Shown here one piece after another: positions 19,073 to 27,747 of a DNA stretch of 64,000 nucleotides. The translations under genes and the position numbers were made by a program. Location of the stretch: positions 64,001-128,000 of IMG/VR virus record IMGVR_UViG_3300020057_001228, one strand, 5' to 3'. The notes below the pieces were generated by a model that was given only the letters and a program-made list of their open reading frames with translations, had not been told where the DNA came from and searched no databases. The stretch comes from a virus. Lineage: Duplodnaviria > Heunggongvirae > Uroviricota > Caudoviricetes. Position 1 is the first letter of the stretch. The number at the start of each line of letters is the position of its first letter.

Positions 19073-20741
19073 CGTCAACTTTGGCGACAATATGGCCATC
19101 GCCTTAGACAAAGTGAACAAGAACTTCCAGTTCGTTGGTAGCTTGAGTCTTGGTCAACCAACAGACGTATGGGCTAACTTGTCTTGGGGACTATCCCCAG
19201 GCCAGTTAGTCGATAACGGTGGAGTTGGTGCATCTTCGTACAGTAGAGCTGATTCTGCTTTAGCATTTGATCGTACTGGTTATGTCACACAGTTTGGTAG
19301 TGGTACTCTCAGATTAGTCCCTGGTAAGTTTGGTGGCAAAGCTGCCATGAAGACCGAAGGGATCTCTACCAACCTGTTTACACAATCGACGATCAAAGAC
19401 CTCGATAGTAATGGTATTGCGGATGGTTGGACTTTCATTGGGAATATCAATGACGCTCTGGCAACTGTAGAGGGAGCAGACATCGGGTTTGGTTCCGAGC
19501 AGGTGATCCTTACTCAGGACTCCCTCCAAGTCACAGGAGTAGAACATACTACTACAGCTTCTGTGAACCACCTTGGTAAGAGCTATATTGCCTCCGCAAT
19601 CCTCAAGTTGACCAACGGGACACCTACCAACTTTGAAGTGGTTGTACAGGGCTACAACAACGCCTCAACGCTTATCTTTGAAGAAGCATTCCCTCTTACC
19701 AAGTGGACAGATGTTGGTACCAACTCTAACTACGAGATCCACACTGCCAAGGTATCAACGCCAACCGTGTTGGACTTTGGTAACCTGACAGGTTTCGAAG
19801 GTGACACGATCTCCACGGTAGCAGTTGTTATTAGGTTTGCTTCTACAACAGAGTTCACTTCACACATCTGGTATGTAGCCCTTCAAGAGGGACCTGTAAC
19901 CACACCTATCTTCACAGATGGTACTGAGGTTACAACTGTACCGGATCTACTCACTTGGACATGGCCAACAGATGTTAAACAATCTGGTGGTGTGTCGTTC
20001 TGGATGCGTGCTCCGATTCATTCGGATGGATCTTCGTTCCTGCTTTTTGGCTCGGCGGCTGGTCTACGTATTGAAGCCGTAGATAGAGACGTTCACTTCA
20101 AGATCCCTTACAACTCTGGAACTGTCACAGTGGTTAGTAAGAACTCCGTTAATGTGTTTGATGGGGAACTCCACCACGTGAACATTGGATGGGATAACTA
20201 CCAGGCTGGTGGTCTTCTACACATGCCTGCATTCCTAGCAATTGATGGTGTTGACCAACCTACCAATGGTGATGCTGGAGTATCTATTGATCTAAAGACT
20301 CAGAGACCCTGTGTAGACGCCTCAAGTGATGTCGCAGCAGCGAGTTGGCAGCTACCAGTATCTACGTATTTTGGTACGAACACGACCTTCGTAAACATCG
20401 AGAATCCGTTCATTTCCAATCAGCCTACATTATCACCCACGTTAGCTGAGAACATGTTTAGTGTCGGTGGTCCATTACTATGTAGTGGAACAATGACTTC
20501 TCTTTCTCCAACGGCTACGGCTACTAACAGAAGAGTCGGAGCTTTTGCATTATCAGGTCAGACGTTGGTATCACTAGAGCCCAATGTCATTCCTGAATCC
20601 GAGCTAGTGGTTATGGATGGCGTCTCGCAAGACAAAACCGCTGGTGACTATACCGTTGATTACGGTGCAGGTGAGGTCACCCTGAGCACCCCAATGACGG
20701 TAGGTATCAAGTATTTCGTGATGTATCAAATAGCCGTGTAG
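19059..20741 (+). CDS. tail fibre/receptor-binding protein with a putative carbohydrate-binding (CBM/LamG-like) core
   Basis: Beta-rich sequence. 'GGVSFWMR...FDGELHHVNIGW...LAIDG' is a LamG-like pattern. Its C-terminal 'VMDGV.Q..GDYTV' module is shared with the next gene. Confidence 0.6.
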   Translation: MALTNVNFGDNMAIALDKVNKNFQFVGSLSLGQPTDVWANLSWGLSPGQLVDNGGVGASSYSRADSALAFDRTGYVTQFGSGTLRLVPGKFGGKAAMKTEGISTNLFTQSTIKDLDSNGIADGWTFIGNINDALATVEGADIGFGSEQVILTQDSLQVTGVEHTTTASVNHLGKSYIASAILKLTNGTPTNFEVVVQGYNNASTLIFEEAFPLTKWTDVGTNSNYEIHTAKVSTPTVLDFGNLTGFEGDTISTVAVVIRFASTTEFTSHIWYVALQEGPVTTPIFTDGTEVTTVPDLLTWTWPTDVKQSGGVSFWMRAPIHSDGSSFLLFGSAAGLRIEAVDRDVHFKIPYNSGTVTVVSKNSVNVFDGELHHVNIGWDNYQAGGLLHMPAFLAIDGVDQPTNGDAGVSIDLKTQRPCVDASSDVAAASWQLPVSTYFGTNTTFVNIENPFISNQPTLSPTLAENMFSVGGPLLCSGTMTSLSPTATATNRRVGAFALSGQTLVSLEPNVIPESELVVMDGVSQDKTAGDYTVDYGAGEVTLSTPMTVGIKYFVMYQIAV

Positions 20742-20751
20742 GAGACATCCA

Positions 20752-21861
20752 ATGTCAGTACGTGAAGTTACAACAAGGTTTATTAAAGACGCAGCGGTCA
20801 CTGGTGCTAAGGTAGCATCCGATACGCTGACAAACGCAAACATCAACTCAGCTGCTGCTATCGTTTACAGCAAGCTGTCTCTAACTGGTGGTATTACCAA
20901 TGCTGATATCAACGCCTCAGCAGCGATTGCTTACAGCAAACTAGCTCTAACTGGCACAATCGTAGTTGCTGACGTAGCCGCTGCTGCCAAGGCTACTGCT
21001 GCTACTGCTGACACATTTGTTCTTCGTGATGCTAACGGTCGCGCACAGTTCGCAACCCCTTCTGCTTCAGCGGATGCTGCTACCAAGGGTTACGTTGACT
21101 CTGTAGCCACTGGTCTAGATGTTAAGGCATCTGTCCGTGCTGTTACTGCCGCTGCTCTTCCTGCTTATACCAGGACCGCCAACGTCATTACAGCTGATGC
21201 TAACGGCGCTCTTGCAGCAGTTGATGGTGTAACCCTAATCGCTTCTGACCGTCTTCTCCTGAAGAATGGTGCAGACGGCTCAGACAACGGTATCTATACT
21301 GTAACTACAGTAGGCGACGGTGGCACCGCGTTTGTTCTAACTCGTGCTACTGATGCTGATACGTCCGGTGAAGTAACTGCAGGCATGTTCACGTTCTCTG
21401 AAGAGGGTACTGCTAACGCTGATACTGGTTGGGTGCTGTCTACCAACAACCCAATCACCCTGAACACAACTGCCCTCGCCTTCTCTCAGTTCTCAGCAGC
21501 TGGTGTTATCACCGCTTCTGGTGTACTGACGAAGACTGGTAACGATATCACACACAACACCTCTGGTGTTGGTGCTGGTACCTATACATCCGTCACAGTT
21601 AATACCTACGGCCACGTAACCGCTGGTACTAACCCAACCGTTTACACCTCTCGCAAGTACTCCGGAACTGCGACAGCTGCCCAGACTGTGATCACCGTTG
21701 GTCTAACCAACCTGATCACAGATTCAACTCTGGTCATTGTTGAGGGTGTTGTAATGGATGAAGCTGCTGGTGACTACTCTGTTGTTCACTCAACAGGTGT
21801 TATCACTTTGTCCACAGGTATGACGTTGAGTGAGCGTTTCTTCGTCTACTATATGGCATAA
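20752..21861 (+). CDS. virion fibre/decoration structural protein
   Basis: Ala/Thr-rich repeats 'ANINSAAAIVYSKL' / 'ADINASAAIAYSKL'. 'DAATKGYVD...LDVKASVR...VDGVTL...RLLLKN...NGIY...LTRATDAD' is a common phage structural module. Confidence 0.7.
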   Translation: MSVREVTTRFIKDAAVTGAKVASDTLTNANINSAAAIVYSKLSLTGGITNADINASAAIAYSKLALTGTIVVADVAAAAKATAATADTFVLRDANGRAQFATPSASADAATKGYVDSVATGLDVKASVRAVTAAALPAYTRTANVITADANGALAAVDGVTLIASDRLLLKNGADGSDNGIYTVTTVGDGGTAFVLTRATDADTSGEVTAGMFTFSEEGTANADTGWVLSTNNPITLNTTALAFSQFSAAGVITASGVLTKTGNDITHNTSGVGAGTYTSVTVNTYGHVTAGTNPTVYTSRKYSGTATAAQTVITVGLTNLITDSTLVIVEGVVMDEAAGDYSVVHSTGVITLSTGMTLSERFFVYYMA

Positions 21862-21877
21862 TAGGGAAGTAGTTAGG

Positions 21878-21915
21878 GGTGCCACTCAGTTAGAACTTTT
21901 TAGCTGAGTGGCACC
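21878..21915 (+). terminator. strong stem-loop, putative terminator or processing site
   Basis: Perfect 12-bp inverted repeat GGTGCCACTCAG ... CTGAGTGGCACC in the largest + strand intergenic gap. No U-tract follows the stem. Confidence 0.55.
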
Positions 21916-21939
21916 TATCCATAGTAGCTGGAGGATTGT

Positions 21940-22296
21940 ATGAGTCGCAGAGGACAGGAGTTCGTAAAAGATCTAGCCGAACGCGCTTCTGCTCATACAG
22001 GTTTGAACTACGGTTACTTTGGGGGTAGGGTTCGTAGTGATAATGTCATTACGCTTGTTAGTCCGGGTACTGTACTACTGGCGGCTAATTCGACTAACTA
22101 CATAGAAGCTGGTATAGATGGTAATGTGAGTGCTAATACAACGAGCTTTACTTCAGGTAAGGTACCTATGGCCGTTGTTGTAACCGGTGAGTCATCGTTC
22201 TTATCCACCAACGTAGCAGAGAAGAGAACGATGGTTAGTACGGGCGGAGGATCAACGAATGTGTTTGCAGATCCGGCGTACTGGATGGGAGTCTAG
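21940..22296 (+). CDS. tail-fibre module protein
   Basis: GGAGG SD. Beta-rich 'GLNYGYFGGRV...NYIEA...VSANTTSFT' and C-terminal 'FADPAYWMGV'. Confidence 0.6.
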   Translation: MSRRGQEFVKDLAERASAHTGLNYGYFGGRVRSDNVITLVSPGTVLLAANSTNYIEAGIDGNVSANTTSFTSGKVPMAVVVTGESSFLSTNVAEKRTMVSTGGGSTNVFADPAYWMGV

Positions 22297-22298
22297 TT

Positions 22299-22811
22299 GT
22301 GGCTTATTCAGCTGAACAGTTAGCTAAGATAAACGAGCTTGAGGCATCTGTAGACGGAACCCCCATTGATATTGGGGACTTCGTTAACGGAGAGCCGGTA
22401 GACGAAACAACGTGGGATACTAGACAGACTTTAATCAATGGACTACTCACCAGACTTTGGTACCGTATTACTCAGAGGTACATCAAGCCAGCAGGTGGTA
22501 TTCCTAGTTCAGATCTAGCTAACCCAGTACAAGTAACTCTAGCCAACGCATATGTTCTCCCTGTAGGTGGTGTTCCAGAGGGCGATCTAAGCTCTGCTGT
22601 ACAGACCAAACTAAACAGGGTCTACGGTGATAGCTGGCAGGACCCAGTTGCTGATATTGTGGATCTTCCCCTAGTTGGGAACACATTAGGTGATGTTAGG
22701 GTTGTAACGAATACAGAAGAAACGTACACTTGGAATGGAGCTGCCTGGGTAGTCTCTTCAGGTTCTGGTGGCGGTGGGTTCTTCGACCCTGCTACCTGGA
22801 TGATGGTATAG
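22299..22811 (+). CDS. tail-fibre module protein
   Basis: 'YIKPAGGIPSSDL' / 'YVLPVGGVPEGDL' repeats, 'WQDPVA...LP..GN..GDVRVV...YTWNGAAWV' fibre module, C-terminal 'FFDPATWMMV'. Confidence 0.65.
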   Translation: MAYSAEQLAKINELEASVDGTPIDIGDFVNGEPVDETTWDTRQTLINGLLTRLWYRITQRYIKPAGGIPSSDLANPVQVTLANAYVLPVGGVPEGDLSSAVQTKLNRVYGDSWQDPVADIVDLPLVGNTLGDVRVVTNTEETYTWNGAAWVVSSGSGGGGFFDPATWMMV

Positions 22812-22864
22812 CGCTTAGATAAGCGTTCGGGTCGATATGTATCTTAGGTTGTGGAGATGGTAAC

Positions 22865-23209
22865 GTGGCAACAACAACAGTAAAGTCGTTAGGGCAGTCT
22901 AAGCCTGCCTATAACACACCCACCACCCTATATACAGCACCTAACGTTTCTGGTGCGGGAGCTATCCTAAAGGAGCTCCTAGTGTGCAACACGACAGCTA
23001 ACGATGGTACCTTCAGTGCCTACAAGGTAGCTACCGGTGGATCACCTACAACCAGCAACGCTATCGTATCTACCCTCTTAGTGAAGGCAGGAGATACTTT
23101 TGTATTCTCCTCTAGCACTGTTCTAGGGCAGAACGAAACCATTAGGGTAATCTCGCTAACCACTGGTGCGGATCTAACCTTTACTGCAAGTGGAGTGGAG
23201 TTCCAGTAA
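22865..23209 (+). CDS. small beta-sandwich tail-fibre-associated protein
   Basis: GTG start with GGAG SD. Pattern 'TTLYTAP...ILKELLVCN...GGSPTTSNAIV...TFTASGVE'. Confidence 0.65.
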   Translation: MATTTVKSLGQSKPAYNTPTTLYTAPNVSGAGAILKELLVCNTTANDGTFSAYKVATGGSPTTSNAIVSTLLVKAGDTFVFSSSTVLGQNETIRVISLTTGADLTFTASGVEFQ

Positions 23210-24051
23210 TGTCTAGCACCTTCCATACACTTAAGGCTGCTGCCTCAGGCGGTGGGACAGCTGGTGCTGCAGCTGCGGCTACTTCAGGTCTGAAGATTGA
23301 TAACTTCACTGCCACGGCTAGCCAGACAGCTTTTGTGTTGTCGTGGTCTCCACCTACAGTTGGCGAACTTCTAGTACTTGTGGATGGTACTAGAATCAAC
23401 ATGGGTTACACGGTTACTGTAACTGGCTCCACGCTGAACATATCCCCAGGGCTAGATGCCGATATGGTCCTCACGGTAGTTGGTGCCACAGGGGTAACCA
23501 CACGTAACGATCTATCTGGCGCGATGACCCACCCTACTCTTCTAGGTACTGGAGATGGAGTCACTGTTGACTTCCCTATACCTACGCAGGGTGACGAAGA
23601 GATTATCTGGCTTGGTGGTGCACTCCAAATCCGTGGTACAGATTACACTGTAGTAACCGCAAGCGGTGTAAAGAACGCCAGGTTCACCGTAGCTCCTGAT
23701 ACAGGGATTAAGGTGCACGGTAGTTCTGCTATAACTCTACTACCCGGTACCGATGCCCTAACCCTAAATGGTTACGGTTCTGCGCGGTACAATGATGCTA
23801 ACCTAGGTACGGGCTCTCTTGGTGAGAAGTATGTTACGGTAGACCCAGCGACAGGACAATTTCCCCAAGCTGTTGACCCAGCCGCCCAAAGGTTAGATAC
23901 TACAGGAGCAGCAGTAGACATATCTGCCGCAGCTCCTCCCACTACTGGGCAGCTCTTGACAGCTACTGGGGCTACGACTGCTACATGGCAGACACCCGCA
24001 GCAGCAGATCTTCTCAATAGTTCCTTATTCTGGTATTTAGGAGGATCATAA
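23209..24051 (+). CDS. tail-fibre protein with two Ig-like 'DG..Q..DYT'-type modules
   Basis: 'FTATASQTAF...LVLVDG' and 'GDGVTVDF...WLGGALQIRGTDYTV' repeats. Confidence 0.6.
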   Translation: MSSTFHTLKAAASGGGTAGAAAAATSGLKIDNFTATASQTAFVLSWSPPTVGELLVLVDGTRINMGYTVTVTGSTLNISPGLDADMVLTVVGATGVTTRNDLSGAMTHPTLLGTGDGVTVDFPIPTQGDEEIIWLGGALQIRGTDYTVVTASGVKNARFTVAPDTGIKVHGSSAITLLPGTDALTLNGYGSARYNDANLGTGSLGEKYVTVDPATGQFPQAVDPAAQRLDTTGAAVDISAAAPPTTGQLLTATGATTATWQTPAAADLLNSSLFWYLGGS

Positions 24052-24052
24052 G

Positions 24053-25462
24053 ATGCCTGGAACACTTCAACAGTTTGCAGCGGCTCAGTTGTCGCCAGGC
24101 TATGGTTCCCTGCTTGGCACAGTCGGGGCCAACGGGTTGAGCACACTTCATGTGGAGATGAACAACATCGTTAACATGACACCGAAGTCTACTACAGCCG
24201 GTATCCAAGCTCTAGCCGGCTTCAACGTAGCCCAAATTGCCGGGACTACTTACTTTCTGGATGGCGCCAAACTACGACGGATTAGTCCTTTGGGGTACTG
24301 TGACATCGTAGCAGGTACGAATACCAACACAGATGCCCAGGGTACTGGAAGTGCTGCTGGGTTTAACAGCCCGACTGGCTTGTGCACAGATGGTACAAAC
24401 TTGTACGTAGCTACTTCTAGTCACCGCATTATGAAGGTGGTTCCTGGACCTGGTAATACGTCCGTTGTTACATTCTTCGCTGGTACAGGTAGTACAGGTG
24501 CTACCGATAACACTACTGGTACGAGTGCGACTCTGAATGCCCCTAAAGCTATCTGCTGTAATGCAGCTGGTACATTCCTATTCTTTACAGACGCAGGTAA
24601 CACACTTCGGCGTGTCTCTCTGTCAGGTCTCAACCCAGTGGTCACCCTAGCTGGTAATGCTGTTGCAGCGGATGCTCAAGGCACGGGCGCTAGTGGTGGG
24701 TTTAACGTACCTAAAGGCATCTGCATCACCAGTGATTCCACAGCAATCTATATTGCTACTGGGACAGGCAACCGTATTATGAAGGTAACTCCAGGGTCTA
24801 ACTTCACAACGGATGCAGCTAACACCGGTGTTGTTACGTTCTTCGCTGGTTCTGGTTCTGCAGGTAGTCTGGATGCTACAGGCACGGCAGCTACATTCCA
24901 GAGTCTAACAGGGCTAACGATCGATACTACTAACACATTCCTGTACGTCGGCCAGGGGCAAGGATCAGGTAACTCCCTACGAAAGATTTCTATTCCAGGG
25001 GCGGTAGTTACCACCATCGCTAACACTACCTCAGCCGTTACCACAACAGATGCCTCTCTGGACAACTATGGTAGTGATCTGGAAATGGGTACTGTCTATG
25101 GGTTATCTGTCAGTCTAGATGGAACAACCCTGATTGTGCTGGCTTCTGGTGGTGGTGCTGTTGGTGGTGGGTATCATATTACCTTCGTTGATATTGCCAC
25201 TCTCAAGGGAACGAACCTAATTACCTTCGTTGCTGGCAATGGTAGTGGTAGTGTAGCCCGCAACCTGGATGCTGAAGTGGTTATCCATGCTGTTCCTTCT
25301 GGTGGGACTTTAGGTCCAGATAACATTCGGTTCCGCCAAGGTGTTCCTATGTCTGGGGCTACGGTGTTTATCAACAGCGATATGGTGTTCCCAACCGGTA
25401 CTAAGATCTATGCCATCACTAAGCACTACACAGTTAATCTGATTGCAACAGGGGTGTTCTAA
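24053..25462 (+). CDS. NHL-repeat beta-propeller inserted in a small beta-sandwich domain (putative receptor-binding protein)
   Basis: Repeats 'DAQGTGSAAGFNSPTGLCTDG..LYVA...HRIMKV', 'TGTSATLNAPKAI', 'DAQGTGASGGFNVPKGI', 'DATGTAATFQSLTGL'. The flanks resemble the 22865 protein. Confidence 0.75.
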   Translation: MPGTLQQFAAAQLSPGYGSLLGTVGANGLSTLHVEMNNIVNMTPKSTTAGIQALAGFNVAQIAGTTYFLDGAKLRRISPLGYCDIVAGTNTNTDAQGTGSAAGFNSPTGLCTDGTNLYVATSSHRIMKVVPGPGNTSVVTFFAGTGSTGATDNTTGTSATLNAPKAICCNAAGTFLFFTDAGNTLRRVSLSGLNPVVTLAGNAVAADAQGTGASGGFNVPKGICITSDSTAIYIATGTGNRIMKVTPGSNFTTDAANTGVVTFFAGSGSAGSLDATGTAATFQSLTGLTIDTTNTFLYVGQGQGSGNSLRKISIPGAVVTTIANTTSAVTTTDASLDNYGSDLEMGTVYGLSVSLDGTTLIVLASGGGAVGGGYHITFVDIATLKGTNLITFVAGNGSGSVARNLDAEVVIHAVPSGGTLGPDNIRFRQGVPMSGATVFINSDMVFPTGTKIYAITKHYTVNLIATGVF

Positions 25463-25896
25463 TGGGAAGTATTAACACGAGTGCCGACGCACCTCTATCT
25501 AACACTATTGCTGGAGCAACTCTTACACTGATTACACTCCCGGTTAGCGGAGTATACACAGTGCCTGCAGGAAAGCTCGCCAAGCTGATCGGTTACTATA
25601 CTAACTGTAATGCCACTGCTGCTTTTACAGCCAACGGGATAAATGTCCTAGGTCCAAACGGAGCTCCTCAACTCGGAGCGTGCTCTAGGAGAATGGTGCC
25701 TCAGTCTGCTGCTCCTGGCGCATCAATAGGTTTTATGTTAGGTATTAACAGTGGTGCTTTATCTACTGCTCCGAATATTGTGTCGGCATCGATCTTCATC
25801 GATGGGGATTACATTCTTATCTTAAAGTCTGGTCAGACCCTGGTCCAGAACTCAGGTGGCACTGGTGGATACCTATTCGAAATCATTGACTTGTAA
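25462..25896 (+). CDS. tail-fibre tip/accessory protein
   Basis: TAATG coupling; 'VYTVPAGKLAKL...LILKSGQTL' pattern. Confidence 0.55.
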   Translation: MGSINTSADAPLSNTIAGATLTLITLPVSGVYTVPAGKLAKLIGYYTNCNATAAFTANGINVLGPNGAPQLGACSRRMVPQSAAPGASIGFMLGINSGALSTAPNIVSASIFIDGDYILILKSGQTLVQNSGGTGGYLFEIIDL

Positions 25897-25908
25897 TAGG
25901 GGTAACCA

Positions 25909-26043
25909 ATGAGTACCCAACCTGAAGTCCTTGACGCCATCCCTCAGAGTAAGGTGACTGGTCTAGTAGCAGCTGGTGGTGTCATTGGTGCAACAGCGGG
26001 TACCGCATACATCTTTGCCACACTCCACGACGTAGTAGCTTAA
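25909..26043 (+). CDS. 44-aa small protein below the ORF-track cutoff
   Basis: AGGGG SD, then MSTQPEVLDAIPQSKVTGLVAAGGVIGATAGTAYIFATLHDVVA*. It fills the gap between flanking genes. Confidence 0.6.
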   Translation: MSTQPEVLDAIPQSKVTGLVAAGGVIGATAGTAYIFATLHDVVA

Positions 26044-26056
26044 TCGGAGACTGATC

Positions 26057-26803
26057 ATGCCAGGACGTGAGAAATATACTAACGAGTGGATGACAGTAGA
26101 CTTCAATAGCTACTGGCTGAACTCCGTAGGTGAGACTTATCACCCTATGATCCTGTCAGATTGGATGACTGAGATCTATTACAGCTACAGTCACAACTGG
26201 ATGGCGTTTGATAAGCTCCGAGAGATCAATGTATGGAGTCCCTATAGAACTGATTGCCCTGAGATCAAGAACTATGCTGGCCTAACCTACTATGATGGTC
26301 ACATCGACATCAACCAGAACTACATTAACAAGGGTACTCTATCTCACGAGTTCGGACACTTCGTTGCCTTCGCTAATGACATGGGAGACTGGGCAGACCA
26401 ATATGGTCAGAAGATGTGGAAGCTCTATACAGATTTACGTGGCAGAGACTTTACTGCTAATACTAATGCAGGCGAGCGTTGGGCTGAAGACTTCAAGTTC
26501 TTCTTTGGTTGCATTGGTGTTAAGGGTGTTGTAGAACGTAACGACGATTCTAACACCTATGGCAGCTCCGTAAGGAAGCCTAATAACGTCGAAGGCCTAG
26601 AGAACTTCATCAGATACTTCTGTGCCGTCCTGCCCTACTGGAGACGTATCAAGAGTATTACTCTTGCCAATGTATCCTATAACCCTAATACTAGAGTTTG
26701 GATGTGGAGCAGACCTACCTACTGGTTCCAGCAATGGGAATGTTTCCAGGATGGTAAGTTCTACGTCTGGCAGAACAATACGTGGGTGGAGATGAAGGCA
26801 TGA
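26057..26803 (+). CDS. zinc metallopeptidase (HExxH...E, gluzincin-like)
   Basis: 'AGLTY...HIDIN...TLSHEFGHFV' with downstream 'ERWAEDF' as the third ligand. GGAG SD. Confidence 0.75.
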   Translation: MPGREKYTNEWMTVDFNSYWLNSVGETYHPMILSDWMTEIYYSYSHNWMAFDKLREINVWSPYRTDCPEIKNYAGLTYYDGHIDINQNYINKGTLSHEFGHFVAFANDMGDWADQYGQKMWKLYTDLRGRDFTANTNAGERWAEDFKFFFGCIGVKGVVERNDDSNTYGSSVRKPNNVEGLENFIRYFCAVLPYWRRIKSITLANVSYNPNTRVWMWSRPTYWFQQWECFQDGKFYVWQNNTWVEMKA

Positions 26804-27357
26804 AGCTACTAATCCGGCTACGCCCATTGAAGTTAACGATACGTCTTAGTGAACGAGGTCGAGCAACTATGCCTGAGGTTATTTCTGTATACAGAAACGA
26901 TACGCTACCAGACATGTTGGTGGACATCGTTGATTACGATCCAATTACTGGGAGTGAGACTCCGTCAGACTTGAGTGCTGATGGTATCATTGCTCACTTT
27001 AAGACCGTCCCTAAGGAGGGAGGTACTATCAAGGTGAACTCTACACTCACAGCCATTGATGCATCTATAGGCCAGTACAAGTACTCATGGGCTACGTTGG
27101 ACAACGATACAGCTGTCGTGTACAAAGCTGAGATTAGTCTTGAGTATCCACCTGTAGCAATCGTTGATCTAGGAGCCTGGAGTAACCTTACAGCTTATGT
27201 AGCTGGAGATATGGTTACGAACCTAGGTCTCAAATGGAGAGCCATTGCTCCTAACACTGGTGTCACTCCTGTAGAGGGTGCCAACTGGACTGCCTACATT
27301 CCTAAAACGAGAACCATTCTCCAATTTGAACTTAACGTTTGGGAGGACGTCCAGTAA
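26800..27357 (+). CDS. BppU-like baseplate upper domain with an inserted CBM5/12-like module (alternative start at 26869)
   Basis: 'YRNDTLPD...DLS...F...IDASIGQYKYSW...D...YKAEI' is BppU-like. 'WSNLTAYVAGDMVTNLGLKWRA..NTGVTPVEGANW' is ChtBD/CBM5-12-like. Confidence 0.6.
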   Translation: MKLLIRLRPLKLTIRLSERGRATMPEVISVYRNDTLPDMLVDIVDYDPITGSETPSDLSADGIIAHFKTVPKEGGTIKVNSTLTAIDASIGQYKYSWATLDNDTAVVYKAEISLEYPPVAIVDLGAWSNLTAYVAGDMVTNLGLKWRAIAPNTGVTPVEGANWTAYIPKTRTILQFELNVWEDVQ

Positions 27358-27743
27358 TGTTTATAACAGACGCATACACACTACGAGCTCTAAAGACTTA
27401 TAGCTACGAGTTTACAACCACACAAACTGGTACCATCTTATTCGCTGCTCAAGATGCCAGTAGTCGCTTTGTGATTACTGATTGGGAGATCAATGTAGGT
27501 GGTGCTACGAATGGCACGGTTACCCTCTTTGATGAAACTAACGCTGCTGCTAGCTTGATGTTCAAGCATGATGTAGTAGCTCCCAATAGGTTCCAAAGCA
27601 ACTACTCCAACCCATTTGTATCAGCAATTAAGGGAAACAACCTGAGACTCACTACGAGCGCCGGTATCACCCTAAGGATCTTGGTTCGTGGTTACCACGT
27701 AGGTATCGATCCTAATACTGCTCTACCTAACATTCCGGTCTAA
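27357..27743 (+). CDS. hypothetical beta-rich virion protein
   Basis: TAATG-coupled start; 128 aa. Confidence 0.6.
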   Translation: MFITDAYTLRALKTYSYEFTTTQTGTILFAAQDASSRFVITDWEINVGGATNGTVTLFDETNAAASLMFKHDVVAPNRFQSNYSNPFVSAIKGNNLRLTTSAGITLRILVRGYHVGIDPNTALPNIPV

Positions 27744-27747
27744 TAAC

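Noticed and set aside
22813-22826. Small CGCTT-AGAT-AAGCG hairpin as a terminator
   Set aside because: Only a 5-bp stem and no U-tract.
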